Notes: a model not told the origin generated them from the letters alone. A stretch of 50,340 bases of DNA from an uncultured bacterium (GCA_963840885.1 CAWJAN010000003.1:1-50340), one strand, 5' to 3'; counted from the first letter of the stretch, positions 29,788-39,364 are shown. A program made the numbers and translations.

Positions 29788-30888
29788 AGTGAACAAATGG
29801 GGAGGAGCAGAGAGAGTGCTCCTGTCGCTTCGTGAAATTTTTCCTGACGCACCACTCTATACATCGGTGTACTCTCCAAACTCAGCTCAATGGGCAAACA
29901 AATTCAAAGTAATACCCTCTTTTTTGCAAAAGTTCCCCTTCGCATCCTCACGGCATGAGCTATTTCCTTATCTGATGCCGTTAGCCTTCGAAAGTTTTAA
30001 TTTCGACCAATATGATTTGGTTATTTCTGTTACCAGTGAGGCTGCCATGGGAATTCTGACGAGACCACACACGAAACATATCTGTATATGTTTGACGCCC
30101 ACGAGGTATCTCTGGAGCGGGTATGATGAGTACTTTGCAAATCCTATATTCCGATTCTTCACGAAGCCGATTATCACATATCTCCGAGCTTGGGATCAAA
30201 TAGCTTCGCAGAGGCCGGATGTTTTTGTCTCAATCTCCGGGGAGGTTCAAAAGCGTGTCAAGAAATACTTCAATCGGGATTCGGAATTAATATATCCCGC
30301 AGTAACTCTCGGCGATGGGTTAAAAGCAAGATATCGCAAGAAGCAAGAAGCAAGGCGAGGATAGCGATTATTTTCTCTGTCGTCTCAAGGTTTGTTCCGT
30401 ATAAGAGAATTGATCTAGCCATTCAGGCGTGCAATGAATTGAAGCTTCCGCTGAGAATAATCGGGAATGGGTCTGAGGAAAATCGATTGAGGTCCATGGC
30501 TGGCCCGACGATAGAATTTATAGGCAACTTGACGGATGAGGCCTTAATAAGGTATTATATGGGCTGTAAAGCCCTGCTATTCCCAGGCCATGAGGACCTG
30601 GGTTTGTCTATTATAGAAGTGCAGAAGTTCGGAAGACCGGTGATCGCATACAAAGCCGGTGGAGCATTGGAAACTGTGGTCGATGGAAAAACCGGCTATT
30701 TCTTTACTCCCCAAACAAAGTCTGCGTTGGTTAAGGCACTTAAAATGTTTATTGGACTCAACGGAGGTTTATCGAGAGGCGCTTTTGACAGAAAGTATAA
30801 AAGCGTATGTCAAAAGCAAGCACAAAAGTTTAGTCAAGAGAGTTTTCAAAAAGAAATAAGACAACTGGTCGAAAAAGTAATACAATAA
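29762..30888 (+). CDS. glycosyltransferase family 1; two frameshifts (about 30320 and 30375)
   Basis: MKVAFVYDRVNKWGGAERVL. The DSDYFL segment is readable only in the third frame. Then VSRFVPYKRIDLAIQA...FPGHEDLGLSIIEVQKFGRPVIA. Confidence 0.8.
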
Positions 30889-30892
30889 AAAT

Positions 30893-31982
30893 ATGAGAAT
30901 AATAATGTTCGCAGGAGGAGTTGGAAGTAGGCTATGGCCTATTTCCAGAAAAAATTCTCCTAAACAATTCGAGAAAATTATCGGAGACAAATCAATGCTG
31001 CAGATAGCAGTAAGCAAGTTGTTTCCTGATTTTAGCTGGAACGAAGTATATATTTCGACAGGGAAAAAATATCAAAATATGGTTCAATCGCAATTGCCTG
31101 ACTTGCCGGGTGATCATATTATGGTAGAACCTGAAATGCGGGATGTTGGGCCGGCAGTCGGATTGATAGCTGCTCAGTTTGTAAAAATGTGCCCGGATGA
31201 ACCGATTGCGCTTTTGTGGGGAAGTGATCATCTCGTGAGAAATGAAGAGCTGTTTCCGCAAAGCATTGAAAGTTGCAGAGAAGATGATTTTAGAAAACGG
31301 CAAAAAAATTGTCTTTGTAGGCCAAAAGCCCCGATTCGCCAATCAAAATGTCGGATACATTGAATTTGGGTCGGAAATAAAAAAGGTTGACGGGTTACCG
31401 ATCCACGCATTTAAAAGCTTCGAATATCATCCGCATCTATCCCAAGCAGAGCAGTATGTGAAAGATGGGCGGCACGCATGGAATCTGGGATATTTTGTCA
31501 CGACACCACGGTTCCTATGGAAACTATTCTCGGAATTTTCTCCGGTTTTATTTTCTCAACTGTTACAGATAAATAAAGCATTTGGAACACAAGATTTCCA
31601 GAAGGTACTCGATATCATTTATCCGACAGTTGAAAAAATATCCTTTGACAGTGCTGTACTGGAGAAAATGAACCCCAGAGACGGTGAGGTTTTGTCTGTT
31701 GATCTCGGGTGGAGTGATATTGGTGCGTGGGAAGCGTTAAAAGAAGCGTTAGCCAAGAGCGACGAAGAAAATGTGGTCAGAGGGAATGTGCTCGTTGAAG
31801 ACTCTACCGATACACTTATTTTTAACTATAATAAGAGCCAACTGGTAGTAGGTATCGATATGAATGATATGGTAATCGTGAATACAAACGATGTGCTTCT
31901 GATTTGTCCAAAGAACTCCGTTCCAAAAATTAAGGAATTGGTGAAAAGCCTCGAGGGAACAACCAACGATCATTTAGCATAA
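30893..31982 (+). CDS. manC: mannose-1-phosphate guanylyltransferase (ManC/CpsB-like); one frameshift near 31250
   Basis: MFAGGVGSRLWPISRKNSPKQF. ORFs 30893..31363 and 31242..31982 join as DHLVRNEE-FRKALKVAEKM. GYIEFG and DLGWSDIGAW are present. Confidence 0.8.
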
Positions 31983-31990
31983 TATGTACT

Positions 31991-32051
31991 CTTCTTACTG
32001 CATTTTACAACTTATTGAATTATACTAGTTGTAAAATCAGTCTAGAAGAAG
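31991..32051 (+). promoter_or_regulatory. long interrupted hairpin immediately upstream of the sugar-transferase start
   Basis: The inner stem attttacaact/agttgtaaaat (11 bp, perfect) is extended by actg/cagt and cttctt/aagaag across a 4-nt bulge. ATG 32054 follows. Confidence 0.6.
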
Positions 32052-32053
32052 TT

Positions 32054-32755
32054 ATGCCCTCTCAAAACTCAATTAGTTGGGTAGCTATTATGCCTATTTC
32101 TGAAAATAAAAAGAGCATTTACTACGAATCCGGGAAACGGATTATCGATTTTTTTTTATCCTCAATACTGCTTCTCATTTTTCTACCAATAATCATTATC
32201 GTATGTATTGCAATTAAGCTCGATACTCAAGGTCCTATTTTTGCTGATACTCCAGCCCGTGTCGGTCGAAAAGGGAAGTTATTTAAAATGTACAAATTCC
32301 GTTCAATGGTGCAAAATGCACATGAAATGTTGCGGGATAATCCTGAATACGCGAAGCTCCTGGATTCGTATAAACGAAGTAGTTATAAATTAAAGAATGA
32401 TCCGCGGGTCACAAATGTTGGAAAGTTTATTCGCAAACACTCACTAGATGAAATCCCGCAATTTTTAAACGTATTACGTGGTCAAATGAGTTTGGTGGGC
32501 CCAAGGGCATACTATCCCGATGAGCTTCGTGAGCAACAGAAAAAATACCCACATACCCAGGAATCGGTAAAAGTTGTGCTGTCAGTCAAGCCGGGAATCA
32601 CCGGATTCTGGCAGGTTTCCGGAAGAAGTGAAATTAACTTTGATAAACGTATCGAAATGGATGCAGAGTATGTAAAACGAAGGTCTATTCGTTACGATTT
32701 GTGGATATTAGCAAAAACCCCCTGGGCCATGGTTTCAGGAAAAGGAGCGTTGTAA
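32054..32755 (+). CDS. initiating sugar transferase (Bac_transf, WbaP/EpsL-like polyprenyl-phosphate hexose-1-phosphate transferase)
   Basis: FKMYKFRSMV, NDPRVTNVGKFIRKHSLDEIPQFLNVLRGQMSLVGPRA. The start is chosen at the first ATG after the hairpin (alternative 32090). Confidence 0.85.
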   Translation: MPSQNSISWVAIMPISENKKSIYYESGKRIIDFFLSSILLLIFLPIIIIVCIAIKLDTQGPIFADTPARVGRKGKLFKMYKFRSMVQNAHEMLRDNPEYAKLLDSYKRSSYKLKNDPRVTNVGKFIRKHSLDEIPQFLNVLRGQMSLVGPRAYYPDELREQQKKYPHTQESVKVVLSVKPGITGFWQVSGRSEINFDKRIEMDAEYVKRRSIRYDLWILAKTPWAMVSGKGAL

Positions 32756-32763
32756 AGAATAAG

Positions 32764-32787
32764 GCAGGATAGAGAACTCTACCCTGC
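32764..32787. terminator. hairpin between convergent genes (possible bidirectional terminator)
   Basis: gcaggatagag aa ctctaccctgc, 11-bp stem with one mismatch, no clear U tract. Confidence 0.4.
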
Positions 32788-32792
32788 TGCCG

Positions 32793-33008
32793 CTATGGTA
32801 TTTCACTAAAATACTGCTGATATCCTTCCAGACAGCCGTTGAGAAGGACATCCTCGTTCATGTTTGCGAGGAGCGGCAGATTTGAAATTAGATCTGCAGC
32901 AATTCTTTGGATAAGTACATCATACTTATCAGTTATATTTACCGTGGCTATTAGCCCGTGCTGCTTACACCAATCGAAGGCTAGTTTTTTTACTAATTCC
33001 GTTGCCAA
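32793..33008 (-). CDS. hypothetical small protein (71 aa)
   Basis: It is the only sizeable ORF in a gap that is non-coding on the + strand, and it is convergent with the sugar transferase. I recognise no motif. Confidence 0.4.
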   Translation of the reverse strand: MATELVKKLAFDWCKQHGLIATVNITDKYDVLIQRIAADLISNLPLLANMNEDVLLNGCLEGYQQYFSEIP

Positions 33009-33084
33009 GATTTATTCTCCTAATCTCAATAGTTAACAAACATCCCAGAGTATTATACAACAATTTAAGTTTGATATAAATTAT

Positions 33085-33114
33085 TTGACATTATTGGTCT
33101 TTGTCGGGTATGAT
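33085..33114 (+). promoter_or_regulatory. sigma70-type promoter candidate (TTGACA-N18-TATGAT)
   Basis: TTGACA at 33085-33090 and TATGAT at 33109-33114. The in-frame ATG 33122 lies 8 nt after the -10 box. Confidence 0.5.
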
Positions 33115-33121
33115 AGACATA

Positions 33122-35065
33122 ATGGATGGGTTTAAGAAGATAAGTTTGGGGCAAAATGATTTCGCTCAACAGAAATCACCTCCCTCCAGAAAACCTATGG
33201 CTCGCAAAAAATCACGAAGGAAATTTCTCTATATTGCTTGTGCAATTATTCTCGTTGTTATCCTCTTTACTGTATTCGGAGTGGTACTTCCCGCAAAAGC
33301 CGCGTACTCACATGCTAAATTAGCTATTGCTCAGGCGAAAATTGCGGCAACAGATTTGAAAACGCAGAATATTGCGGCAGCATCAGATGATTTAACGAAG
33401 ACACAGGATGCATTGCTTGTCACCAAAAAGGATGTCGATGGGATGTGGTATATGCAATTTATCCCTATAGCAAATTGGTATTATGGGGATGTATACCATC
33501 TTTTAAATGCCGGAAATTATGGAATTAATGCAGGTCAGATTGCGATTGATGCCGTAAAACCATATGCTGATTTATTAGGTCTCAAAGGTCAGAAGTTTAC
33601 CGGGGGTTCGGCTCAGGATAGAATCCAAACTGCTGTTTTAACAATGGGAAAGATTACCCCTCGAATCAACGATGTTGAAGCACAGCTCGTATTAGTAAAG
33701 AAAGAGATCGATCAGGTTGACCCAAATCATTATCCGTCTCTTTTCGGCGGTGGTAAAATAAAAAGCCAGCTGACGAGCGTTCGGACATACACGGACGAAG
33801 GCGTTGCATTTATTGAGCAAGCGAAGCCATTGATACAAGTTTTGCCATCAGCGCTCGGTGAGCCTACGCAACAGCATTACTTAGTTGTATTCCAAAACGA
33901 TAAAGAACGACGTCCGACGGGTGGATTCCTCACCGCGTATTCTATTTTCAGTGTTAATAAAGGGATAATTCATGTTGATTCCTCAAACGATATTTATACT
34001 TTGGATGATACTATCTCCAATAAGCCAAATGCCCCGAGGCCGATTCTCCAATATCTTCCGAAAGTGTACCAATTGAACCTCCGCGATACGAATCTCTCGC
34101 CAGATTTCGTAACATCCATGGATGCCTTCAATGCGATGTATAAAACTGCTCCGGGATATCAGAAAGTAGATGGAATTATAGCTGTTGATACACAGGCACT
34201 TGTCGCAGCTATGAATATACTTGGAGATATAGATGCGGGTGGTGAAACGTTTACCACCAAAACAGACCCACGATGTAATTGCCCGGAAGTTATTTACTCG
34301 CTGGAATCAACTGCAGACAGGCCGGTAAATTATGTGAGGGGTGATAGAAAAAGCGTTATCGGAGAACTGATGTACGCTATTATGAATAAAGCATTTACGT
34401 CGTCTCCCCGGTTGTATTGGGGGCCTCTTTTCCAGGCGATGATTACCGAGACGACCCAAAAGCATATTCTGTTTGATCTTTATAATACTGATGCGCAAAC
34501 AGGACTTGAGTCGTTGAATGCAAGCGGAAGAATTGCTCAGAATGTAAAAGGTGACTATCTCCACATTAATGAAGCGAATTTCGGAGGAGCGAAGTCGAAT
34601 ATGTATGTCAGTGAAGCAGTTGACCAAAAGTATGACGTCGCGAGTGATGGTACCATCACAAAGACAGTTACTGTGCATTATAAAAATCCGTTTCCACCAT
34701 CCGACTGTAATTTGGAACATGGAAATCTTTGTCTCAATGCGCCATTACGAAATTGGGTTCGCGTCTATGTACCGCAGGGAAGCCAACTCGTTACTAGCAG
34801 CGGCTCTCAGGTAAAAGTCACGTCATATGATGAATTGGGTAAAACTGTTTTTGAAGGATTCCTTATTATTAATCCTCTCGGTACTGCGACATATACCGTA
34901 GCATATAAATTGCCGTTTAAGCTGGCAGATAATTCCCCATTGCCTCTTCTTATCCAGAAACAGCCTGGCGTAGATAGCCAGGATACCACCATATCTGTCG
35001 GAAGCAATCAGCTGGATTCATTTTCCCTGGCGTCAGATAAGCAGTTGATGCTGCAGCTTAAGTAA
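33122..35065 (+). CDS. DUF4012-domain envelope protein
   Basis: N-terminal TM helix, then HYLVVFQNDKERRPTGGFLTAYS, typical of DUF4012. Track ORF 33101 starts at a TTG that overlaps the -10 box. Confidence 0.75.
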   Translation: MDGFKKISLGQNDFAQQKSPPSRKPMARKKSRRKFLYIACAIILVVILFTVFGVVLPAKAAYSHAKLAIAQAKIAATDLKTQNIAAASDDLTKTQDALLVTKKDVDGMWYMQFIPIANWYYGDVYHLLNAGNYGINAGQIAIDAVKPYADLLGLKGQKFTGGSAQDRIQTAVLTMGKITPRINDVEAQLVLVKKEIDQVDPNHYPSLFGGGKIKSQLTSVRTYTDEGVAFIEQAKPLIQVLPSALGEPTQQHYLVVFQNDKERRPTGGFLTAYSIFSVNKGIIHVDSSNDIYTLDDTISNKPNAPRPILQYLPKVYQLNLRDTNLSPDFVTSMDAFNAMYKTAPGYQKVDGIIAVDTQALVAAMNILGDIDAGGETFTTKTDPRCNCPEVIYSLESTADRPVNYVRGDRKSVIGELMYAIMNKAFTSSPRLYWGPLFQAMITETTQKHILFDLYNTDAQTGLESLNASGRIAQNVKGDYLHINEANFGGAKSNMYVSEAVDQKYDVASDGTITKTVTVHYKNPFPPSDCNLEHGNLCLNAPLRNWVRVYVPQGSQLVTSSGSQVKVTSYDELGKTVFEGFLIINPLGTATYTVAYKLPFKLADNSPLPLLIQKQPGVDSQDTTISVGSNQLDSFSLASDKQLMLQLK

Positions 35066-35189
35066 ATACTCAAATAATACTAATACTCAAATACCCAAAG
35101 ATTTACTCAAGAATACCCAAATGAAATCAGCAGACCACTCGTTCATTAGTGTATTTGTATATTAGATTATTTGGATATTAGTATATTAT

Positions 35190-35732
35190 ATGAGATCATA
35201 TAAACTTGAGGGTATTATTATCAAGCGCAGGAATGTCGGCGAGGCTGATCGGATCTTAACAGTAATGACGAAGGAGAATGGAAAGATCCAGGTAAAAGCT
35301 GTAGGGGTTCGCAGGATTACATCAAGGCGCTCATCTCATGTAGAGATGTTAAATACGGTATCCATGACTCTCTATCGCGGTTCCCGCATGCCTCTGCTTA
35401 CAGAAGTTGTTTCTCTCGAAGACTTTTCAGAAATTAAGTGTGACTTACGAAAAGTCGGTGTAGCCTATCATGTGTGTGAGTTGATAGATGCGTTATGTCC
35501 GGAAAATCAGGAAAATGAAGCTATTTATGTACTTTTTAAGGAATTAATAGAAAACTTCAGCGGTGATACTAATTTATATAAAGCAGTGTATCAATTTGAA
35601 GTAAAACTTCTCGAGCTTTTAGGATACTGGCCTCAAAATAACACACTCTCCGAATATGAAATTTCACCATTTATCGAGTCCATCCTCGAGCGTAAATTAA
35701 AAACTCGACAGATTCTTCCTCGTTTGCTATAA
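35190..35732 (+). CDS. recO: DNA repair protein RecO
   Basis: YKLEGIIIKRRNVGEADRILTVMTKENGKIQVKAVGVRR (OB-fold N-terminus), about 180 aa. Confidence 0.8.
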   Translation: MRSYKLEGIIIKRRNVGEADRILTVMTKENGKIQVKAVGVRRITSRRSSHVEMLNTVSMTLYRGSRMPLLTEVVSLEDFSEIKCDLRKVGVAYHVCELIDALCPENQENEAIYVLFKELIENFSGDTNLYKAVYQFEVKLLELLGYWPQNNTLSEYEISPFIESILERKLKTRQILPRLL

Positions 35733-35778
35733 TCCCATAGTTGAATGTTTATAGTGGTTTTCTGAAAGGAGCCATTTC

Positions 35779-36062
35779 ATGAAGCAAAGTGAACGTTCTA
35801 CTCAATCAGCGAAAAGGAATGAAGCAAAACCGGGAAAATACTGTGGATGTTATGGATTCCATCAGCCCTCGTTTTAGTGTTTTCAGTAGCACTTTTCATC
35901 TTCGCTACTAGTCAGCCAAATAATCCTGCTGGAGCGAAATCCGCGATGATCGTCGCGACTATACTTGCCCTAGTATTCGTTTTAAGCTTAGTTATAAATT
36001 CGATCTTGCAAGCCAGGAGAATAAACAGCGGTAAAATCAGTATAGAATACCATGGCATCTAG
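35779..36062 (+). CDS. small membrane protein (one frameshift near 35838)
   Basis: AAGGAG lies 7 nt upstream of ATG 35779 (MKQSERSTQSAKRNEAKPGK). The frame changes at GGGAAAATAC into ORF 35847..36062, which has two TM helices. Confidence 0.5.
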
Positions 36063-36066
36063 GTAA

Positions 36067-36091
36067 GAGGTGATATGTTACATATCACCTC
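36067..36091 (+). terminator. perfect 11-bp hairpin after the small membrane protein gene
   Basis: gaggtgatatg tta catatcacctc, starting 5 nt after the stop. There is no U tract. Confidence 0.45.
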
Positions 36092-36110
36092 ATATTGCAT
36101 ACACAAAATA

Positions 36111-36139
36111 TTGACATATGATTATATGTATGGTATTTT
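36111..36139 (+). promoter_or_regulatory. promoter candidate for the glyQS leader (TTGACA-N14-TGgTATTTT extended -10)
   Basis: TTGACA at 36111-36116 and TGGTATTTT at 36131-36139. Confidence 0.5.
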
Positions 36140-36145
36140 AAATAG

Positions 36146-36280
36146 AATTTGCGATGAAGAGGTTGACCTGCGAGCTAGAAAAAGAGTCCTCCTCTGGAAC
36201 GGAAATGAGGGTGGAACCGCGGGTTTAAAACGACTCGTCCCTGTTGATTATTTGTTAATCGATAGAGACGAGTTTTTTTG
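36146..36280 (+). promoter_or_regulatory. T-box riboswitch leader (glycine-type) with terminator/antiterminator
   Basis: GAGGGTGGAACCGCGGG (about 36207-36223) matches the T-box core AGGGUGGNACCGCG. A GCGATGA GA-motif sits at the 5' end (36150-36156). The terminator ACTCGTC...GACGAGT plus T7 lies at 36233-36279, and its 5' strand (CCCT) competes with AGGG of the T-box. Confidence 0.8.
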
Positions 36281-36292
36281 TTGAAAAAAATT

Positions 36293-37606
36293 ATGGATAA
36301 TTTGATGGAGAAAATTACAGCATTAGCGAAGCGGAGGGGATTTATTTATCCCGGCTCCGAGATTTATGGCGGACTGGCCGGAACATGGGATTATGGTCCA
36401 TTGGGCACTGAACTCAAGCGCAACATCAAAAATATCTGGTGGAAGAACGTGGTTCTTGAACGCGATGACATGGTTGGAATCGATGCCGCAATCATGATGA
36501 ATCCCCGCGCCTGGGAAGCATCAGGTCATGTCGAGGCATTCACAGATCCTCTTGTCGAATGTAAAATTTGTCATTTGCGGTTTCGATCGGATAAACCTGA
36601 CGAAATAAAGCAGCATGTTCAGACCCATAAAGGACAGGTTGTCGAATGGACAGAGCCTCAGCAATTCAACCTTTTAGTTAAGGCCTACTTAGGTGTTCTA
36701 GAGGGGAAACAAGCAGAGTTATATTTGCGTGGCGAAATTACAAATGGTGTCCACGTCAATTTTAAAAACGTGGTAAGTTCTTCCAGAGTCAAGATTCCCT
36801 TTGGTATTGCTCAAATCGGAAAAGCATTCAGGAACGAGATTACTCCGGGGAACTTTGTTTTCAGATCCAGAGAATTTGAGCAAATGGAAACTCAGTTTTA
36901 TGTTAAACCGGTAGACATAGAAGGTAAAAAGTGGTTTGAGTATTGGAAGCAAAACCGACTTGAATGGTTCCTCTCTCTCGGCATCCGAAAAGAAAATATC
37001 CGTTTTAGAGATCATGCAGATGACGAACGGGCGCATTATGCGCGAGCAGCAACAGATTTGGAGTACAACGCTCCATGGGGTTGGCAAGAATTTATGGGAA
37101 TTCATCACAGGGGTGATTGGGATTTAACCAGGCACCAAAAGTATAGCGGAAAGCCTATGACATATAATGATCCGGAATCTGGAGAAGAATATATACCGTG
37201 GGATATTGAGACATCTGCCGGGGTTGATAGATCATTATTATTCTTTTTGGTGGATGCATATAATGAAGAGGGAAAGCGTATCGTTTTAAAACTCCATCCA
37301 AAACTGGCACCGGTTAAGGCGGCGGTATTTCCCTTGTTAGCCAACAAACCGGAATTAACGAAAGTCGCGGAAAAAGTATATCGGGATTTGAAAAAGAATA
37401 TCGATGGTGTGGTAGCCTGGGATGACCGGGGAAATATCGGAAAGCGATATTTATCGCAGGATGAGATAGGAACGCCATATTGTATTACCATTGATTTCCA
37501 GACACTGGAAGATCAAACTGTCACACTGAGAGACCGGGATACTACCAAGCAGGAACGGGTAAAAATTGAAGACCTTCTTACTCTACTTCAGAAGAAACTA
37601 CAGTAA
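36293..37606 (+). CDS. glyQS: glycine--tRNA ligase (dimeric class II GlyRS)
   Basis: MEKITALAKRRGFIYPGSEIYGGLAGTWDYGPLG, FRNEITPGNFVFRSREFEQME, YIPWDIETSAGVDR. Start is at ATG 36293, because track TTG 36278 lies inside the terminator U tract. Confidence 0.9.
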   Translation: MDNLMEKITALAKRRGFIYPGSEIYGGLAGTWDYGPLGTELKRNIKNIWWKNVVLERDDMVGIDAAIMMNPRAWEASGHVEAFTDPLVECKICHLRFRSDKPDEIKQHVQTHKGQVVEWTEPQQFNLLVKAYLGVLEGKQAELYLRGEITNGVHVNFKNVVSSSRVKIPFGIAQIGKAFRNEITPGNFVFRSREFEQMETQFYVKPVDIEGKKWFEYWKQNRLEWFLSLGIRKENIRFRDHADDERAHYARAATDLEYNAPWGWQEFMGIHHRGDWDLTRHQKYSGKPMTYNDPESGEEYIPWDIETSAGVDRSLLFFLVDAYNEEGKRIVLKLHPKLAPVKAAVFPLLANKPELTKVAEKVYRDLKKNIDGVVAWDDRGNIGKRYLSQDEIGTPYCITIDFQTLEDQTVTLRDRDTTKQERVKIEDLLTLLQKKLQ

Positions 37607-37618
37607 GGCCCTTCTACA

Positions 37619-37784
37619 GGCCGGAAAGGATTTGCAATCCTTTCTGTATGTTTTGTAAATCGCACAAATGTCATTTCAGTAAACTTTGTGCCACGTTCAC
37701 TGACAATACTAAACTCGTGTAATGCATTCATATTTGGTGGATATTACAAAACGTTTCGGAATGGTTTACAAAACCATTCCGGCT
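37619..37784 (+). repeat. double-hairpin intergenic element (family B), long copy
   Basis: Hairpin 1 is gaaaggat-ttgca-atcctttc (37624-37644). A conserved gtaaatcgcacaa..tcatttcag core follows. Then AACGTTTCGG and hairpin 2, cggaatggttt-aca-aaaccattccg (37757-37781). Confidence 0.85.
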
Positions 37785-37839
37785 ACTGGACAGCTAAGAA
37801 GGGAAGTTTACTAACTCCTGTTTATGCTATACTCCGATC

Positions 37840-38608
37840 ATGATTTCATATCGACAATTAGCCATTGATGCTGCGAAAGAGGCAGGGAAAGTATTGTTGG
37901 AATTATCCAAGAACGATATCCGGTATCGGATGAAGAATGAACATGATATTTTGGCTGAGGGAGACTTAAAATCGGAAGAGATAATCATAAAGAGAGATTA
38001 ATACACATTTTCCTGATCACAGTATCTTATCCGAAGAGGCAGGCGCAGATCAAAATACTTCAGAGTATCTGTGGATTATCGACCCGATTGATGGGACAAT
38101 TAATTTTTCTCGACATATTGAGGAGTATTGTATTTCTATCGGATTGAAGAAGGACGAGGACATAATTTTGGGACTTATTTACCAGCCTGCATTGGACAAG
38201 CTGTTTGTAGCTGAAAAAGGGAAGGGTGCATTTTTAAATCAGACAAAGATAGCGGTCTCACATGAATCTGAATTAATAAAATCACTTATCGCGACAGATA
38301 GTTCTTCGAAAATTGACAAACGCGAAGATTCATTCGCTGTCTTATCGAAAATCTGTGCAGATGTACGGCACATCAGGATATTTGGCAGCTGCGCGCTCCA
38401 TATGAGCCGGGTGGCTCAAGGGCAACTGGATTTTTATTATAAATCCGGATTTAATTACTGGGATTATGCAGCCGGAATGCTCATCGTCGAAGCAGCCGGC
38501 GGAAAAGTAACAGATTTTGATGGTAATCCGATCACACAGAACAGTAAAAATATACTTGCCTCAAACTCACTTCTCCATGAAAAAGCCCTGAAACTTATTA
38601 ATGGTTGA
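37840..38608 (+). CDS. inositol monophosphatase family protein (SuhB/IMPase-like); one frameshift near 37993
   Basis: ATG 37840 MISYRQLAIDAAKEAGKVL, then in the next frame INTHFPDHSILSEEAG...WIIDPIDGTINF, continuing into ORF 38144..38608. Confidence 0.8.
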
Positions 38609-38644
38609 TGTTGATATGCTAATCTAAGATAGGCTATTCCCCGG

Positions 38645-38774
38645 GCCGGAAAGGATTTGTAATCCTTTCTGTATAGTTAGTAAATCGCATAACATATCAT
38701 TTCAGCAAAGTTTCGGAATGGTTTGCACCACAAGGGCACTAACTTCGCGGAAGTGTCGCAAAACCATTCCGGCT
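38645..38774 (+). repeat. double-hairpin intergenic element (family B), second copy, same orientation
   Basis: gccggaaaggatttgtaatcctttctgtat..gtaaatcgcataa..tcatttcag ... gtttcggaatggttt[46-nt expanded loop]aaaccattccggct. Confidence 0.85.
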
Positions 38775-38827
38775 TCAGAATCCTTTGGCTCTTCTGGTAC
38801 ATTTGGTACCTTCGGCTCGTACTATAT

Positions 38828-38856
38828 TTGACATAGTTTTAAAAAATTGTTACAGT
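38828..38856 (+). promoter_or_regulatory. sigma70-type promoter candidate (TTGACA-N17-TACAGT)
   Basis: TTGACA at 38828-38833 and TACAGT at 38851-38856. ATG 38864 lies 8 nt downstream, with no room for an SD. Confidence 0.5.
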
Positions 38857-38863
38857 AATCAAG

Positions 38864-39364
38864 ATGTTTAAAAACAAAATCCTTATTACAGTCGTGGCAG
38901 TCGCTGTAGCGCTCATCGTTGTCGCGGGCGGCGGTTTCTATATTCTCTCAAAGAATTCATCACAATCTGCAGCTCCAACTCCGGGACCCGAAGCTCAGCA
39001 GCAAATTTTGACTATGAATCCTGAAGATATTGGGATGAAATTGTCACAAGTGACCTATACGAAAAAAAGTCCTCCAGGGCCAGCACTTCGTCTCGAAATA
39101 ACCAAATTAGATGGTATTAAATCTATAGACTGTGAGATTCACTACAGCCATGCTACCGATACGGGAGATCGCACGACCGAAGGCTTGCTCTGCAATATCG
39201 ATATCAAACCTGGAACATCAAGTATAACCCAGGATTTTCCTTATGCGACCTGTTCGGATGTATGCCACTACCAAAAAGATATAAAAGGAGTAGAAGCCAT
39301 AGTAAAAGTTACCAAATCTGACGGAAAAATCTACCAGATAGACCAGAAACTCGCAGATCAGTAG
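38864..39364 (+). CDS. hypothetical membrane-anchored or secreted protein
   Basis: Intact 166-aa ORF with an N-terminal TM/signal segment ILITVVAVAVALIVVAGGGFYIL. Confidence 0.55.
   Translation: MFKNKILITVVAVAVALIVVAGGGFYILSKNSSQSAAPTPGPEAQQQILTMNPEDIGMKLSQVTYTKKSPPGPALRLEITKLDGIKSIDCEIHYSHATDTGDRTTEGLLCNIDIKPGTSSITQDFPYATCSDVCHYQKDIKGVEAIVKVTKSDGKIYQIDQKLADQ

Noticed and set aside
36075-36284. 69-aa ORF in the six-frame track between the small membrane protein gene and glyQS
   Set aside because: It lies exactly over the promoter, T-box core and terminator of the glyQS leader. The RNA-element explanation accounts for the region, and the peptide has no recognisable features.
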